A stretch of DNA of 64,000 nucleotides, from contig OZ252239.1 in the NCBI GenBank assembly GCA_965249485.1, forward strand, positions 3,424,001 to 3,488,000, given 5' to 3'. This DNA comes from a bacterium (lineage in GTDB: Bacteria > SM23-31). Below, piece after piece: positions 10,108 to 20,069 of the stretch. Every line of letters starts with the position of its first letter. The stretch's first letter is position 1. The translations under genes were made by a program, and so were the position numbers. The notes below the pieces were generated by a model. That model was not told where the DNA came from. It did no database searches and worked only from the letters and a program-made list of their open reading frames with translations.

Positions 10108-10136
10108 TTGACATTTTTTTAATATTTAACTACTAT
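10108..10136 (+). promoter_or_regulatory. sigma70-type promoter of ssb
   Basis: TTGACA-N17-TACTAT. Confidence 0.7.
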
Positions 10137-10193
10137 TAATGCACAGAAAATTATTGAAAATTTATAACGATTGAAACAAAGTGATGAGATAAA

Positions 10194-10625
10194 ATGGCAA
10201 GCATTAATAAAGCAATTTTGATTGGAAACTTGGGACAGGACCCTGAACTGAAATATATGCCGTCCGGCGACGCATTGTGTAATTTCACAATTGCGACAAC
10301 TGAATCATGGAAAGATAAAGACGGCGTTCAGCAAGACCGTACAGAATGGCATAGAATAGTTGCCTTCAGGCGCCTTGCGGAAATCTGCGGTGAATACTTA
10401 AAAAAAGGGAAACAGGTCTATATCGAAGGAAAAATCCAAACGCGTTCATGGGAAGATAAAGACGGAAATAAACGGTACACAACTGAAATTGTCGCGGATC
10501 AAATGAAAATGCTCGGCAAACGTGATGAAGAAACCGGCGAGTCTTATTCTTCACCTCCTCCTCCTCAGAACTCGGCAGCTGACGCCCCTTCTGTAACGGA
10601 AGAAGAAGATGATCTCCCCTTTTAG
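10194..10625 (+). CDS. ssb: Single-stranded DNA-binding protein
   Basis: [21 protein letters not shown], acidic tail DDLPF. Confidence 0.97.
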   Translation: MASINKAILIGNLGQDPELKYMPSGDALCNFTIATTESWKDKDGVQQDRTEWHRIVAFRRLAEICGEYLKKGKQVYIEGKIQTRSWEDKDGNKRYTTEIVADQMKMLGKRDEETGESYSSPPPPQNSAADAPSVTEEEDDLPF

Positions 10626-10971
10626 TACTAGGAAAATGCATCCCATACCCACCTTGTTCGAAAACAATGCTACTCAAAAAAAGCCCACTCCACTGTCGAA
10701 ATAATGATCCTCTGTTTATTGTCTCTTCTCAATCTGATAATATTAGGGAATACAACAAATTTCATCAAAATCCGAGTCTTTTACTCTTTCTACGCTGAAC
10801 AATGATGGAGTAATGCTTAAATTAATCTTCCGTGATTACACAATGAGCTCAGCACCAGTCTAACCATTACTATTGGTTTATTGTAAAAAATTTATTATAT
10901 TTTGCACTTTTTAGACATCAACAGATACGGATCTTGAGTCCGCACGCACTTCACTGTAATGGAAGTCATAA

Positions 10972-11976
10972 ATGACCGGTAGTGTTGTAACGATCGAACA
11001 ATTTATTTTAAAGCAGCAGCGTCAATTTCCCGATGCTTCTGGTGAGTTTTCGGAGCTTCTCAGCTCTATCAGACTCGTTGGTAAAATTATTTCCTGGGAA
11101 GTTAATAAAGCAGGATTAGTGGAACTCTTAGGAATTACCGGCCTGGAAAATGTTCACGGTGAAACAGTCCAAAAACTCGACATGTATGCACAGAATGTTT
11201 TTGTGCAAACTCTCAGGCGGTCGGGTAAAATGTGTGTATTGGTGTCTGAAGAAAGTGAAAGCATGATCTCTATACCGAAAGGATACAACACCGGGAAATA
11301 TGTTGTATGCTTTGATCCTCTGGACGGCTCCTCCAATATTGATGCAAATGTCAGTGTCGGTTCAATTTTCGGGATTTTTAAAAAAATATCCGATGGTGAA
11401 CACGGAACAGAAGAAGATATTCTCCAGCAGGGGAATGCTCTGTTTGCTGCCGGCTACATAATTTACGGATCAAGCACGATGCTCGTCTACTCTACCGGTT
11501 ACGGTGTCCACGGTTTTACGCTCGACCCCAGCATCGGTGAATTTCTACTCTCACATGAAAATATTCAGATCCCTGCAAAAGGAAGTATATATAGCGTAAA
11601 TGAAGGGAATTCGGAGACGTGGGATGCAGGAATTAAACAATTTATTCAAATCCTAAAACAGCCAGATGCTGCCGGTAAAAAACCTTATTCTGCACGGTAT
11701 ATCGGCTCTCTTGTCGCTGACTTTCATAGAAACCTCCTTTACGGAGGAATATTTCTCTATCCGGGGGATCAGCGAAACCCTCATGGAAAACTAAGACTTT
11801 TGTATGAAGCAAATCCCCTTGCCTACATTGTTGAACAAGCCGGAGGAGCTGCTTCGGATGGGCAGAGAAGAATTCTTGACATCAAACCTGATTCCTTTCA
11901 TCAAAAAACACCACTTATTATCGGAAGTAAAGAAGATGTGGAACTATGTGATAAATGCATTGCCGAGAATTCTTAG
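10972..11976 (+). CDS. fbp: Fructose-1,6-bisphosphatase class 1
   Basis: FDPLDGSSNID, ARYIGSLVADFHR, GKLRLLYEANP. Confidence 0.97.
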   Translation: MTGSVVTIEQFILKQQRQFPDASGEFSELLSSIRLVGKIISWEVNKAGLVELLGITGLENVHGETVQKLDMYAQNVFVQTLRRSGKMCVLVSEESESMISIPKGYNTGKYVVCFDPLDGSSNIDANVSVGSIFGIFKKISDGEHGTEEDILQQGNALFAAGYIIYGSSTMLVYSTGYGVHGFTLDPSIGEFLLSHENIQIPAKGSIYSVNEGNSETWDAGIKQFIQILKQPDAAGKKPYSARYIGSLVADFHRNLLYGGIFLYPGDQRNPHGKLRLLYEANPLAYIVEQAGGAASDGQRRILDIKPDSFHQKTPLIIGSKEDVELCDKCIAENS

Positions 11977-12332
11977 CATTCATGTAAACATATTAAATTA
12001 TTGTGCAACATTAATTGAATACATATTTACGGTTCTCACAAGTGCATTTTTATTTTCCTATTATTTTTTGCACGTCTCAATCCCTGTAATAAAAATAAAA
12101 TAATTATTTAAAAGTATCCTCCTTTCACCCTTCTTACAAGAAATAAACATCCCTCATTGCAATTGCACTCAAACTATTGTTTTTACTTAATATAACGTCA
12201 TGCACTCATGCAATAGGCATGAAATACAATATTGATATAAAGAAGAAATATTTTTCAAAATATTTAAATAATTGGGAACTTATTTTAAAAAAAATAAGTT
12301 TCATATATGTGTACAATGCAAGGGGATGATGT

Positions 12333-12542
12333 ATGATTTTTACAAAGTTGAGAAAACTGCGCAAAATGAATGAGATAACCCTTGATGAAGTAGCACTGGA
12401 TACCGGTTTATCTATCGGATATATAAACCGTATCGAGCGTGGGTACATTACTGATATTAAAAATGAAGTAAAGCGCAAACGCCTCGAGACTTACATCAAG
12501 AATCTTGAAAGAAAGACAAAAAAAGAATTGTCTTTGTCATAA
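12333..12542 (+). CDS. Small XRE-family HTH protein
   Basis: LRKLRKMNEITLDEVALDTGLSIGYINRIERG. Confidence 0.85.
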   Translation: MIFTKLRKLRKMNEITLDEVALDTGLSIGYINRIERGYITDIKNEVKRKRLETYIKNLERKTKKELSLS

Positions 12543-12576
12543 ATACATTTTCTCAGACGCAGTTTTTAAACGTTGG

Positions 12577-12609
12577 AAAAGACGGTTCCAGTTCGGACCG
12601 TCTTTTTTT
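12577..12609 (+). terminator. Intrinsic terminator
   Basis: AAAAGACGGTTCC-AGTTC-GGACCGTCTTTTTTT. Confidence 0.75.
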
Positions 12610-12626
12610 GTTTACGTAAGATTATA

Positions 12627-12655
12627 TTGACAACACTTCATTAAATTAGTATATT
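12627..12655 (+). promoter_or_regulatory. sigma70-type promoter of comM
   Basis: TTGACA-N17-TATATT. Confidence 0.6.
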
Positions 12656-12696
12656 TTTTGATATTATTTCCGAAAGTCATCTGTTGCCCTTCACTT

Positions 12697-14232
12697 ATGT
12701 TTTCACTAATTATCAGCGCTGCCGTTCAAGGTATAGAGGCATATCTCGTCAAGGTTGAATCACACTTAGAAAGTGGACTGCTGGCATTTACGACAGTCGG
12801 ACTTCCCGAAGGTGCCGTTAGAGAAAGCAAAGAGCGAGTTACTGCCGCAATTAAAAATTCAGGTTACCCGTTCCCGCAAAAACGTATTACTATTAACCTT
12901 GCACCGGCTGACATAAGGAAAGAGGGCTCGGCTTTTGATTTGCCGATCGCAGTTGGCATACTTGCTTCCACAGGCCTTGTTCAGTCGCGAACTGTCGAAC
13001 GGTATATCATTCTGGGAGAATTGGCTCTTGATGGAAAATTGAGACCTGTCAAGGGTGCTCTACCTATTTCAACTATTGAAACAAAACTGGATATTGATGG
13101 CATCATTCTTCCAAAGGAGAATGCGAATGAGGCGTCGATTGCCCGCAACTTCCATATATATCCAATGGATAACCTCAGGGAAACAGTAGAGTTTTTAAAC
13201 GGGAATAATGAGCACAAACCATATGTGATTGATAATGAATTGATTGATTCTTCCTGGAAAGAGTATGATATAAATTTTTCTGAAGTGAAGGGACAAGAAA
13301 ATGCGAAAAGAGCTTTAGAGGTTGCATCGGCAGGAGGACATAATACTATTATGATAGGTCCTCCTGGCTCGGGAAAGACAATGCTCGCCAGGAGAATTGC
13401 AACAATTCTGCCCAATTTAACGTTTGAAGAATCATTATCGACGACCAAGATACATTCTGTCGCAGGTTTGCTCAACTCAGACCAGGCGCTGGTAACCCGT
13501 CGGCCATTTCGTTCTGCACACCACTCTATTTCAGATGCCGGTCTGATCGGTGGTGGCCATATTCCGAAACCGGGTGAGGTTAGCCTTGCCCATAATGGTG
13601 TTCTCTTTTTGGATGAAATGGCGGAATTTAAGAAGCACATTCTTGAAATGCTCCGCCAACCGTTAGAAGATGGATATGTCACTATATCCCGTGCAAAAAT
13701 GTCTCTGACATATCCTTCTCGTTTCATGCTTGCAGCAGCCATGAATCCCTGTCCCTGCGGTTATGCGACCGATTCGACCCATTCATGTTCATGTTCTGCG
13801 AGCCACATACAGAAGTATATGGCGAGAATTTCGGGACCGCTCTTAGATAGAATCGATATTCATTTGGAAGTGCCGAGAGTCAATATCAAAGAGCTCTCAT
13901 CAGAGAATGTCGGAGAATCATCTGAAATAATCAGAAAAAGAGTTATCCGAGCGCGAGAGCTACAGCTTGATCGGTTTAAAAACAGTAGTACCATATTTAC
14001 AAATGCCGCAATGAGCACAAAAAATATTCGTAAATATTGCAGACTTGATAACGAATGTCAGGAGTTACTTAAAACAGCCATTACCCAGCTCGGATTATCT
14101 GCACGAGCATACGACCGGATTTTGAAAGTGTCACGCACTATTGCCGATTTGGAATCATCGGAAGATATCCGACTTGAATTTGTGAGTGAAGCAATTCAAT
14201 ACCGGAGCCTTGACAGAAACTTATGGAATTAA
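12697..14232 (+). CDS. comM: YifB/ComM Mg-chelatase-like AAA ATPase
   Basis: RITINLAPAD, GPPGSGKTM, PGEVSLAHNGVLFLDE, MNPCPCG, SARAYDRILKVSRTIADL. Confidence 0.95.
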   Translation: MFSLIISAAVQGIEAYLVKVESHLESGLLAFTTVGLPEGAVRESKERVTAAIKNSGYPFPQKRITINLAPADIRKEGSAFDLPIAVGILASTGLVQSRTVERYIILGELALDGKLRPVKGALPISTIETKLDIDGIILPKENANEASIARNFHIYPMDNLRETVEFLNGNNEHKPYVIDNELIDSSWKEYDINFSEVKGQENAKRALEVASAGGHNTIMIGPPGSGKTMLARRIATILPNLTFEESLSTTKIHSVAGLLNSDQALVTRRPFRSAHHSISDAGLIGGGHIPKPGEVSLAHNGVLFLDEMAEFKKHILEMLRQPLEDGYVTISRAKMSLTYPSRFMLAAAMNPCPCGYATDSTHSCSCSASHIQKYMARISGPLLDRIDIHLEVPRVNIKELSSENVGESSEIIRKRVIRARELQLDRFKNSSTIFTNAAMSTKNIRKYCRLDNECQELLKTAITQLGLSARAYDRILKVSRTIADLESSEDIRLEFVSEAIQYRSLDRNLWN

Positions 14233-14254
14233 AAGATCAGCAGGTTTAAAAAAC

Positions 14255-15016
14255 ATGCCGGAAACCCTGATTAAAACAAATACGATGACCTTCAAAAGAG
14301 GCGAAACTGTCTTTCGAGAAGGCGATGTTGGCGAGGAGATGTATATCATCAAATCCGGCAAAGTCGAAGTGGTCAAAAAAGTCCAAGATGAGGAAATGGT
14401 TCTCGCTACGCTTGAATCAAACTCTTTTTTCGGTGAAATGGCACTTTTCGGGGACAAACGCAGAAGCGCTACTATCCGAGCCCTTGAAAACACATCAACG
14501 ATTCGCATTACTAAAAGTATCCTCGATCTTCAGCTTTCAAAAGCACCCGATTGGTTTGTTGCAATTATGCGTACCCTCGCATTGCGGCTCAAGGAAACCA
14601 ATAAACGTGTACAATCCCGGTACTATATAAATTTAGAGTACAGCCTAATTAAGATGTTTCTGCTCACCATGAATGTGCTCGGCACACGTGAAGGTTCGGA
14701 ATTATCAGCAGAGCTTGGCCCTGTTCTCCGCGAAGTGCAATTGATACTTGGTGTTTCCAAAGAAGAGTTGCTAGTCAAGCTCAAGGATTTTTCATTTATT
14801 CAGATGATTAAATTCTCCGAATCAGAGAATAAAATCACCGTGCCGGATGTTGATAAGACTAAGGACTTCTTACTTTTTTTACAGGGGAAGAAAGATAAAA
14901 AAACACGGTTAACATCAGCATTTGACGACCTTCAGGATGATGCAAAAAAAATGCAATACTTTGAGCGACTTTATCAGCTTCTAACCCGGAGAAAAGGAGA
15001 AGTCGAGCAAAAATAA
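14255..15016 (+). CDS. Cyclic nucleotide-binding (Crp/Fnr-like) protein
   Basis: FREGDVGEEMYIIKSGKVEV, FFGEMAL...RSAT. Confidence 0.85.
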   Translation: MPETLIKTNTMTFKRGETVFREGDVGEEMYIIKSGKVEVVKKVQDEEMVLATLESNSFFGEMALFGDKRRSATIRALENTSTIRITKSILDLQLSKAPDWFVAIMRTLALRLKETNKRVQSRYYINLEYSLIKMFLLTMNVLGTREGSELSAELGPVLREVQLILGVSKEELLVKLKDFSFIQMIKFSESENKITVPDVDKTKDFLLFLQGKKDKKTRLTSAFDDLQDDAKKMQYFERLYQLLTRRKGEVEQK

Positions 15017-15216
15017 GTTTAACAACGATCGCAACTCTGGTCTGTCATACAAAAATCCATAGATTCTCTTTTAGGTTATATTTTCAAAGAAACGTACTTC
15101 AAAATTTTTATTTCTCTCTTGTTTTACACTCATATTTTCCTCTCCTGTTTATTATTTTATTGTGACTATTGCTCTAAAGCAACACAAACCCTATAATTGT
15201 ATGTGACGTATATTCC

Positions 15217-16029
15217 ATGAAACCGGAAGCCCTTGATACAGAAATAATTAGTCGATCCATATCGAAATATCAGTTCGGTCGCTATATTGAGTTTAAAAAA
15301 TCGGTGACATCAACGAATGAAATTGCAAAACAATATGCCCTCTCTCAATCGCAGCTTCCCATGATTATCTTTGCTGAAGAGCAGATAGGCGGCAAAGGAA
15401 GAATGAAACGGAGCTGGTTCTCTCCTCGTAACGCCGGCATCTGGTTTTCGGTCATATTCCCGCCGAATCATGATCCGGTCGTGTTTGGTCATTACAATTT
15501 TTTCATGTCACTTGTGCTTGCATCCGCTATTGAATCTATTACTCAATGTGAAATCGAATTGAAATGGCCGAATGATATTCTTATTAATGGGAAAAAGGTG
15601 TGCGGGATTTTATCCGAAGTAGTTACCAGAAAAGAAAACTCGGATACTGTCATTACCGGCGCCGGGCTCAATGTGAATATTGAAGAAAATGAATTCCCGA
15701 AAGAACTGTGCGATACCGCTACTTCATTGAGTATTGAATCCGATGAAACAATTAACCGGACGGATCTGTTTATAGAAATAATTTCAACACTGAATACCAT
15801 CTATGACTTGTGGGAACAGCGGGGAATCGAGCCGATTTTCCATTCGTGGCTCCAAAAATGTTCTACTATCGGCAAATCACTCACTATTAAATCAGGATCA
15901 CGGAGTATTGACGGAACTGCGCGACATATTAACTTAGACGGCTCCCTTGTCCTTCGGGGCGCCAACGGATCTGACCACACGGTGTACGCGGGTGATCTTG
16001 AATATTCCGTGCGAGTTCAAGATAAGTAA
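15217..16029 (+). CDS. birA: Biotin-protein ligase (no N-terminal HTH)
   Basis: STN, Q..GKGR..RSW, LKWPND, KKVCGIL, GLNVN. Confidence 0.93.
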   Translation: MKPEALDTEIISRSISKYQFGRYIEFKKSVTSTNEIAKQYALSQSQLPMIIFAEEQIGGKGRMKRSWFSPRNAGIWFSVIFPPNHDPVVFGHYNFFMSLVLASAIESITQCEIELKWPNDILINGKKVCGILSEVVTRKENSDTVITGAGLNVNIEENEFPKELCDTATSLSIESDETINRTDLFIEIISTLNTIYDLWEQRGIEPIFHSWLQKCSTIGKSLTIKSGSRSIDGTARHINLDGSLVLRGANGSDHTVYAGDLEYSVRVQDK

Positions 16030-16078
16030 TTGCAATTGTCAACGTATTGAAAAAAAATAAACCACAGGTCTGTAGAGT

Positions 16079-17521
16079 ATGCATGCTCGGCAACAAAAAA
16101 AACTCAATAGTAATATTATTCAGGCGATGCTAAAAGAGCTCCCTTCTGTTGAATCACTCATGAGTAATTCCGCATTCGAGACAGCTCTCGGATCATATTC
16201 ACGAGATTTTATAACGTATATTATTCGGAAACAGGTTGGCAATACCCGTGATGAAATAAAAAACGGCACCTACATCAGGGACGTCTCAAAAAAATCATTA
16301 AGCGAAACTATTATCAAACGTGTTGAAATTTACCTTGCTAAAATCAACGAAGGCGCTCTTCTACCAGTCGTTAATGCAACAGGAGTTGTTTTACATACCG
16401 GACTCGGTAGGGCTCCTTTGTCTACTGTAGCAGTCAGATTTGTTCAACAAATAATAAGCGGTTACTCCACCCTTGAAATTGACCGGTCTTCGGGACGGCG
16501 CGGCAGCAGAACTCAAATTCTTGAGGAGCTGTTATGCTATCTTTGTCGTACTGAATCTGCAACGGTGGTCAATAATAATGCTGCAGCTGTGATGATACTC
16601 TTGAACACCCTTGCACTCAATAAAGAGGTGATTATTTCTCGGGGTGAACTAGTGGAAATAGGAGGATCTTTCCGCATGCCCGATATTATGACTGCGAGCA
16701 GTGCAGAAATGGTTGAAGTTGGTACAACCAACAAAACAAGAGTGTCCGACTATACAAAAGCTGTTAACAAAAATACGGGAGCTATCCTCAAGGTACATTC
16801 AAGCAACTACAGAGTACTTGGCTTCTCGGAATCAGCTGCAATCAGTGAATTGAAATCCAGCAATAAATGCAAGAACATTCCCGTTATTTACGATCTTGGC
16901 GGCGGTGTGATTTTTGATCTGGAACGAGTCGGTCTGCCGCATGAACCTATTGTTGCTCAATCAATCCGAGATGGTGCCGATATCGTCACATTTAGCGGAG
17001 ATAAAGTGTTTGGAGGTCCGCAATCCGGGATCATTGTTGGGAAAAAAAAGTATATTGATAAAATCAAAAAAAATCCCTTTGCACGGGCAATGAGATGCGA
17101 CAAACTGATCCTTGCAGCACTATACGGAACCATTCTATCATATCTTAAAGGGATAGAAGGATTTACTTCTCTCCCCTCAACTAAAATGCTTATGGAAAAA
17201 CCTGAGTCTATCCGGAAACGGGCCTTAAAAGTTAAAGAAATAGCATCAGAGAAGCGGATCAGAGGACTCACTATCTCTGTTGAGGCATGTGAATCTGAAG
17301 TCGGTAGCGGCGCCATGCCCCTCGAACTGTTGCCTAGTTTCGCCTTGTGTCTTGCATCAAAGAAAATTTCAGCAGAATACATTGCTGCACAGTTGCGTTC
17401 AGGTTTCCCCCCGGTTTTCAGCTACATTAAAAACAATAAAGTCTATCTCGATATGCGAACAGTATTCCGCAATCAGCTCAAACATATTGCCGAAAGCATT
17501 GCTGCAATTCGTGATAAGTAG
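16079..17521 (+). CDS. selA: L-seryl-tRNA(Sec) selenium transferase
   Basis: NATGVVLHTGLGRAPL, VNNNAAAV, SRGELVEIGGSFR, EVGTTN, FSGDK..GGPQ. Confidence 0.97.
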   Translation: MHARQQKKLNSNIIQAMLKELPSVESLMSNSAFETALGSYSRDFITYIIRKQVGNTRDEIKNGTYIRDVSKKSLSETIIKRVEIYLAKINEGALLPVVNATGVVLHTGLGRAPLSTVAVRFVQQIISGYSTLEIDRSSGRRGSRTQILEELLCYLCRTESATVVNNNAAAVMILLNTLALNKEVIISRGELVEIGGSFRMPDIMTASSAEMVEVGTTNKTRVSDYTKAVNKNTGAILKVHSSNYRVLGFSESAAISELKSSNKCKNIPVIYDLGGGVIFDLERVGLPHEPIVAQSIRDGADIVTFSGDKVFGGPQSGIIVGKKKYIDKIKKNPFARAMRCDKLILAALYGTILSYLKGIEGFTSLPSTKMLMEKPESIRKRALKVKEIASEKRIRGLTISVEACESEVGSGAMPLELLPSFALCLASKKISAEYIAAQLRSGFPPVFSYIKNNKVYLDMRTVFRNQLKHIAESIAAIRDK

Positions 17522-17539
17522 TCCAGAGAAAATTTATAC

Positions 17540-19429
17540 ATGTCACACAGAATAATTGGAACAGCGGGACATATAGATCATGGAAAAACCGCACTGGTCA
17601 AGGCTCTAACAGGAGTTGATACTGACCGGCTCAAAGAGGAAAAAGAACGGGCGATTACCATTGACCTCGGTTTTGCATTTCTGGACGACACAACGGCAAT
17701 TGTCGATGTGCCTGGTCACGAGCGATTTGTGAAAAATATGGTCGCCGGAGTAACCGGAATAGATTTGGCCCTGCTTGTTATAGCAGCTGATGACGGTGTC
17801 ATGCCCCAGACCCGTGAACATATCGAAATTATTCGTCTCCTTGCAATTGAGCGGCTTGTTGTGGCAATAACCAAAATCGACCTTGCTGATGATGAATGGA
17901 TATCACTTCTTAACGATGAAATTGACCTGCTTCTTGCCGGAAATGGTTATCCGGATGCACATATAATACCAGTATCAGTAATTACCGGAACTGGGATAGA
18001 AAAATTAAAACAAACTCTCAAAAGTGAAGTTGCATTCGTAAAGGATAAAAATATTGATAAGCCCTTCAGGTTGCCGGTTGACCGTTCGTTTACTATGAAA
18101 GGTTTTGGAACAGTCGTAACCGGCTCTGTTATGTCAGGGAAGCTAAATTTAGATGACAATGTTGAGCTGCTCCCTGAGGAGAAAGAACTCCGCCTGCGTG
18201 GATTGCAACACCATAATGAGACAGTAGAGACTGTTCAGGCCGGCGATCGGGCCGCATTGAATTTTAGCGGAATTCAGAAAGAGGCGATAATTCGGGGGAA
18301 TGTCGTTGCCTTAAAAGATTCTTATCAATCATCCACTATTATCAATTGTTATTGTCACTTTCTCAAAAGTTCAGAGAAATCTTTAAAACAACAGCAGCGG
18401 ATCCGTTTCCATTGCGGAACCATTGAAACACTCGGAAGAATTAATCTTCTCGGAAAAAAAATTATTGAACCGGGCGAATCAGCACCGGTTCAGTTTATAC
18501 TCGAGAAACCTGTTGTTGCAGTATCAGGAGACCGATTTATCATTCGGCATTATTCTCCTGCGTTGACAATCGGGGGTGGCGAAATTATTGAAGTTGATAC
18601 GCAACCTGCAGGAAGGAAGTGGGCAGGTGTTGCTACTTTTTTAGAAAAGCTACACGCTCTACCTCAAAAAGACAGAGTTTTCAGCTACGTGGAGAATTGT
18701 GGACTCGAACCAGTATCATCAGCTGATCTCGGAAAACAGTTTGGCTTGCTCCCTGAACAGATCGACTCTCTTCTCTCTTCGTACCAAAACGACGTCATCA
18801 ATTCTACTATTGAAAAGAATTCATTCTGGATACACAGAGTTTTTTTTGAGTCGGCTTGTGAGAATATTGTGAGTACTATCGCAACATATCATCAACAAAA
18901 TCCAGAAAAACCGTATTTGCAGCTTGAATCGCTAAAAAGTAAAATTGGTTCTGAGTTAGAGCATCGCTTCCTTTCGAGGCTCTTCGACACATTAATAAAG
19001 CAAAAACGAATTGCTATTGACCACAATCGGATCAGATTATCCAATTTCAAACCCCAGTTTTCCGAAGATTTAAAAATACTAATGGGACGGTTTATTTCAT
19101 ATCTTGAAGAAAAAGGACACGAAGGCCCTACAATTGAGGAAACCAGTACGCATCTCGGTGTCGATGGTGTGTTCCTCAAAAAAATAATAGATTCACTTTC
19201 TGCAGAAGGTAAAATCGTGCGAGTTGGAGAATTGTTTCTTTATAAGCTTGAACAGATAATCTCGATTGAAGCTTCTATACGTGATTCGATCTCAAAAGAA
19301 GGATCAATTACCGTTGCAGGCCTCAGAAACATCCTCGGTACCAGTAGAAAATACGCATTACCGCTATTGAATTATTTTGATGATGCGGGAATCACATTGC
19401 GTATTGGCGACAAACGGGTCTTGAAATAG
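17540..19429 (+). CDS. selB: Selenocysteine-specific elongation factor
   Basis: [27 protein letters not shown]-terminal winged helix [13 protein letters not shown]. Confidence 0.97.
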   Translation: MSHRIIGTAGHIDHGKTALVKALTGVDTDRLKEEKERAITIDLGFAFLDDTTAIVDVPGHERFVKNMVAGVTGIDLALLVIAADDGVMPQTREHIEIIRLLAIERLVVAITKIDLADDEWISLLNDEIDLLLAGNGYPDAHIIPVSVITGTGIEKLKQTLKSEVAFVKDKNIDKPFRLPVDRSFTMKGFGTVVTGSVMSGKLNLDDNVELLPEEKELRLRGLQHHNETVETVQAGDRAALNFSGIQKEAIIRGNVVALKDSYQSSTIINCYCHFLKSSEKSLKQQQRIRFHCGTIETLGRINLLGKKIIEPGESAPVQFILEKPVVAVSGDRFIIRHYSPALTIGGGEIIEVDTQPAGRKWAGVATFLEKLHALPQKDRVFSYVENCGLEPVSSADLGKQFGLLPEQIDSLLSSYQNDVINSTIEKNSFWIHRVFFESACENIVSTIATYHQQNPEKPYLQLESLKSKIGSELEHRFLSRLFDTLIKQKRIAIDHNRIRLSNFKPQFSEDLKILMGRFISYLEEKGHEGPTIEETSTHLGVDGVFLKKIIDSLSAEGKIVRVGELFLYKLEQIISIEASIRDSISKEGSITVAGLRNILGTSRKYALPLLNYFDDAGITLRIGDKRVLK

Positions 19430-19490
19430 ACCGCAAGTTTACACTTTCTGATTTGAATCATTTTAGAACTCTTTACTGCCCGCTTCCACT

Positions 19491-19973
19491 TCAAACAAAA
19501 GCTTTCAGAATTTCTTTTTGCATACCGTGCAAATCATCATATGCTGAATTGATTTCTTGAATTTTGTCGCTGAGCTGTTGCAGCAGTTTGAATTTTTCTA
19601 TGCCATTGCGAATAATCAGAAGTAAATTATCGTTTTCCCATGGTTTCTCAATATACTGAAACAGACCGACCTCATTAATCGCCTTAATCGCATTTTCTTT
19701 ATCTGCATAGCCAGTCAGAATAATCCTCGGTATTTCCGGTTTAATTTTTCGAACATTTCCCAGAAACTGGATTCCATCCATTTCCGGCATTAAATAATCA
19801 GAGATAACGAGTGATGCATCATTCTTTTCGATAAATTTGAGGGCCTCGTTCGCGGAAGTAAACGTTTTTATTATGTAATCTGACTCCAATTGCAGAAAAG
19901 AGTCGATACTTGTCAGAACCATATCTTCATCGTCTACAACAATGATTGTGTTATTACTTTCAGAGTTTGACAT
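19491..19973 (-). CDS. Response regulator (receiver plus short coiled coil)
   Basis: VVDDE, ISDYLMPEMDG, ILTGY, YIEKPW. Confidence 0.92.
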   Translation of the reverse strand: MSNSESNNTIIVVDDEDMVLTSIDSFLQLESDYIIKTFTSANEALKFIEKNDASLVISDYLMPEMDGIQFLGNVRKIKPEIPRIILTGYADKENAIKAINEVGLFQYIEKPWENDNLLLIIRNGIEKFKLLQQLSDKIQEINSAYDDLHGMQKEILKAFV

Positions 19974-20069
19974 GTTTTAATCCTGTTGGAATTTAGTATA
20001 ATCGGTTATCATTTCTTTTATTAAATAAAATAAAAATCGGGTAAATATCATACTATTTTTTCAAATAAC

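Noticed and set aside
12981..13742. Long antisense ORF (253 aa) and the many other overlapping ORFs in the track
   Set aside because: Shadows of well-supported genes on the other strand or frame, with no recognisable motifs.
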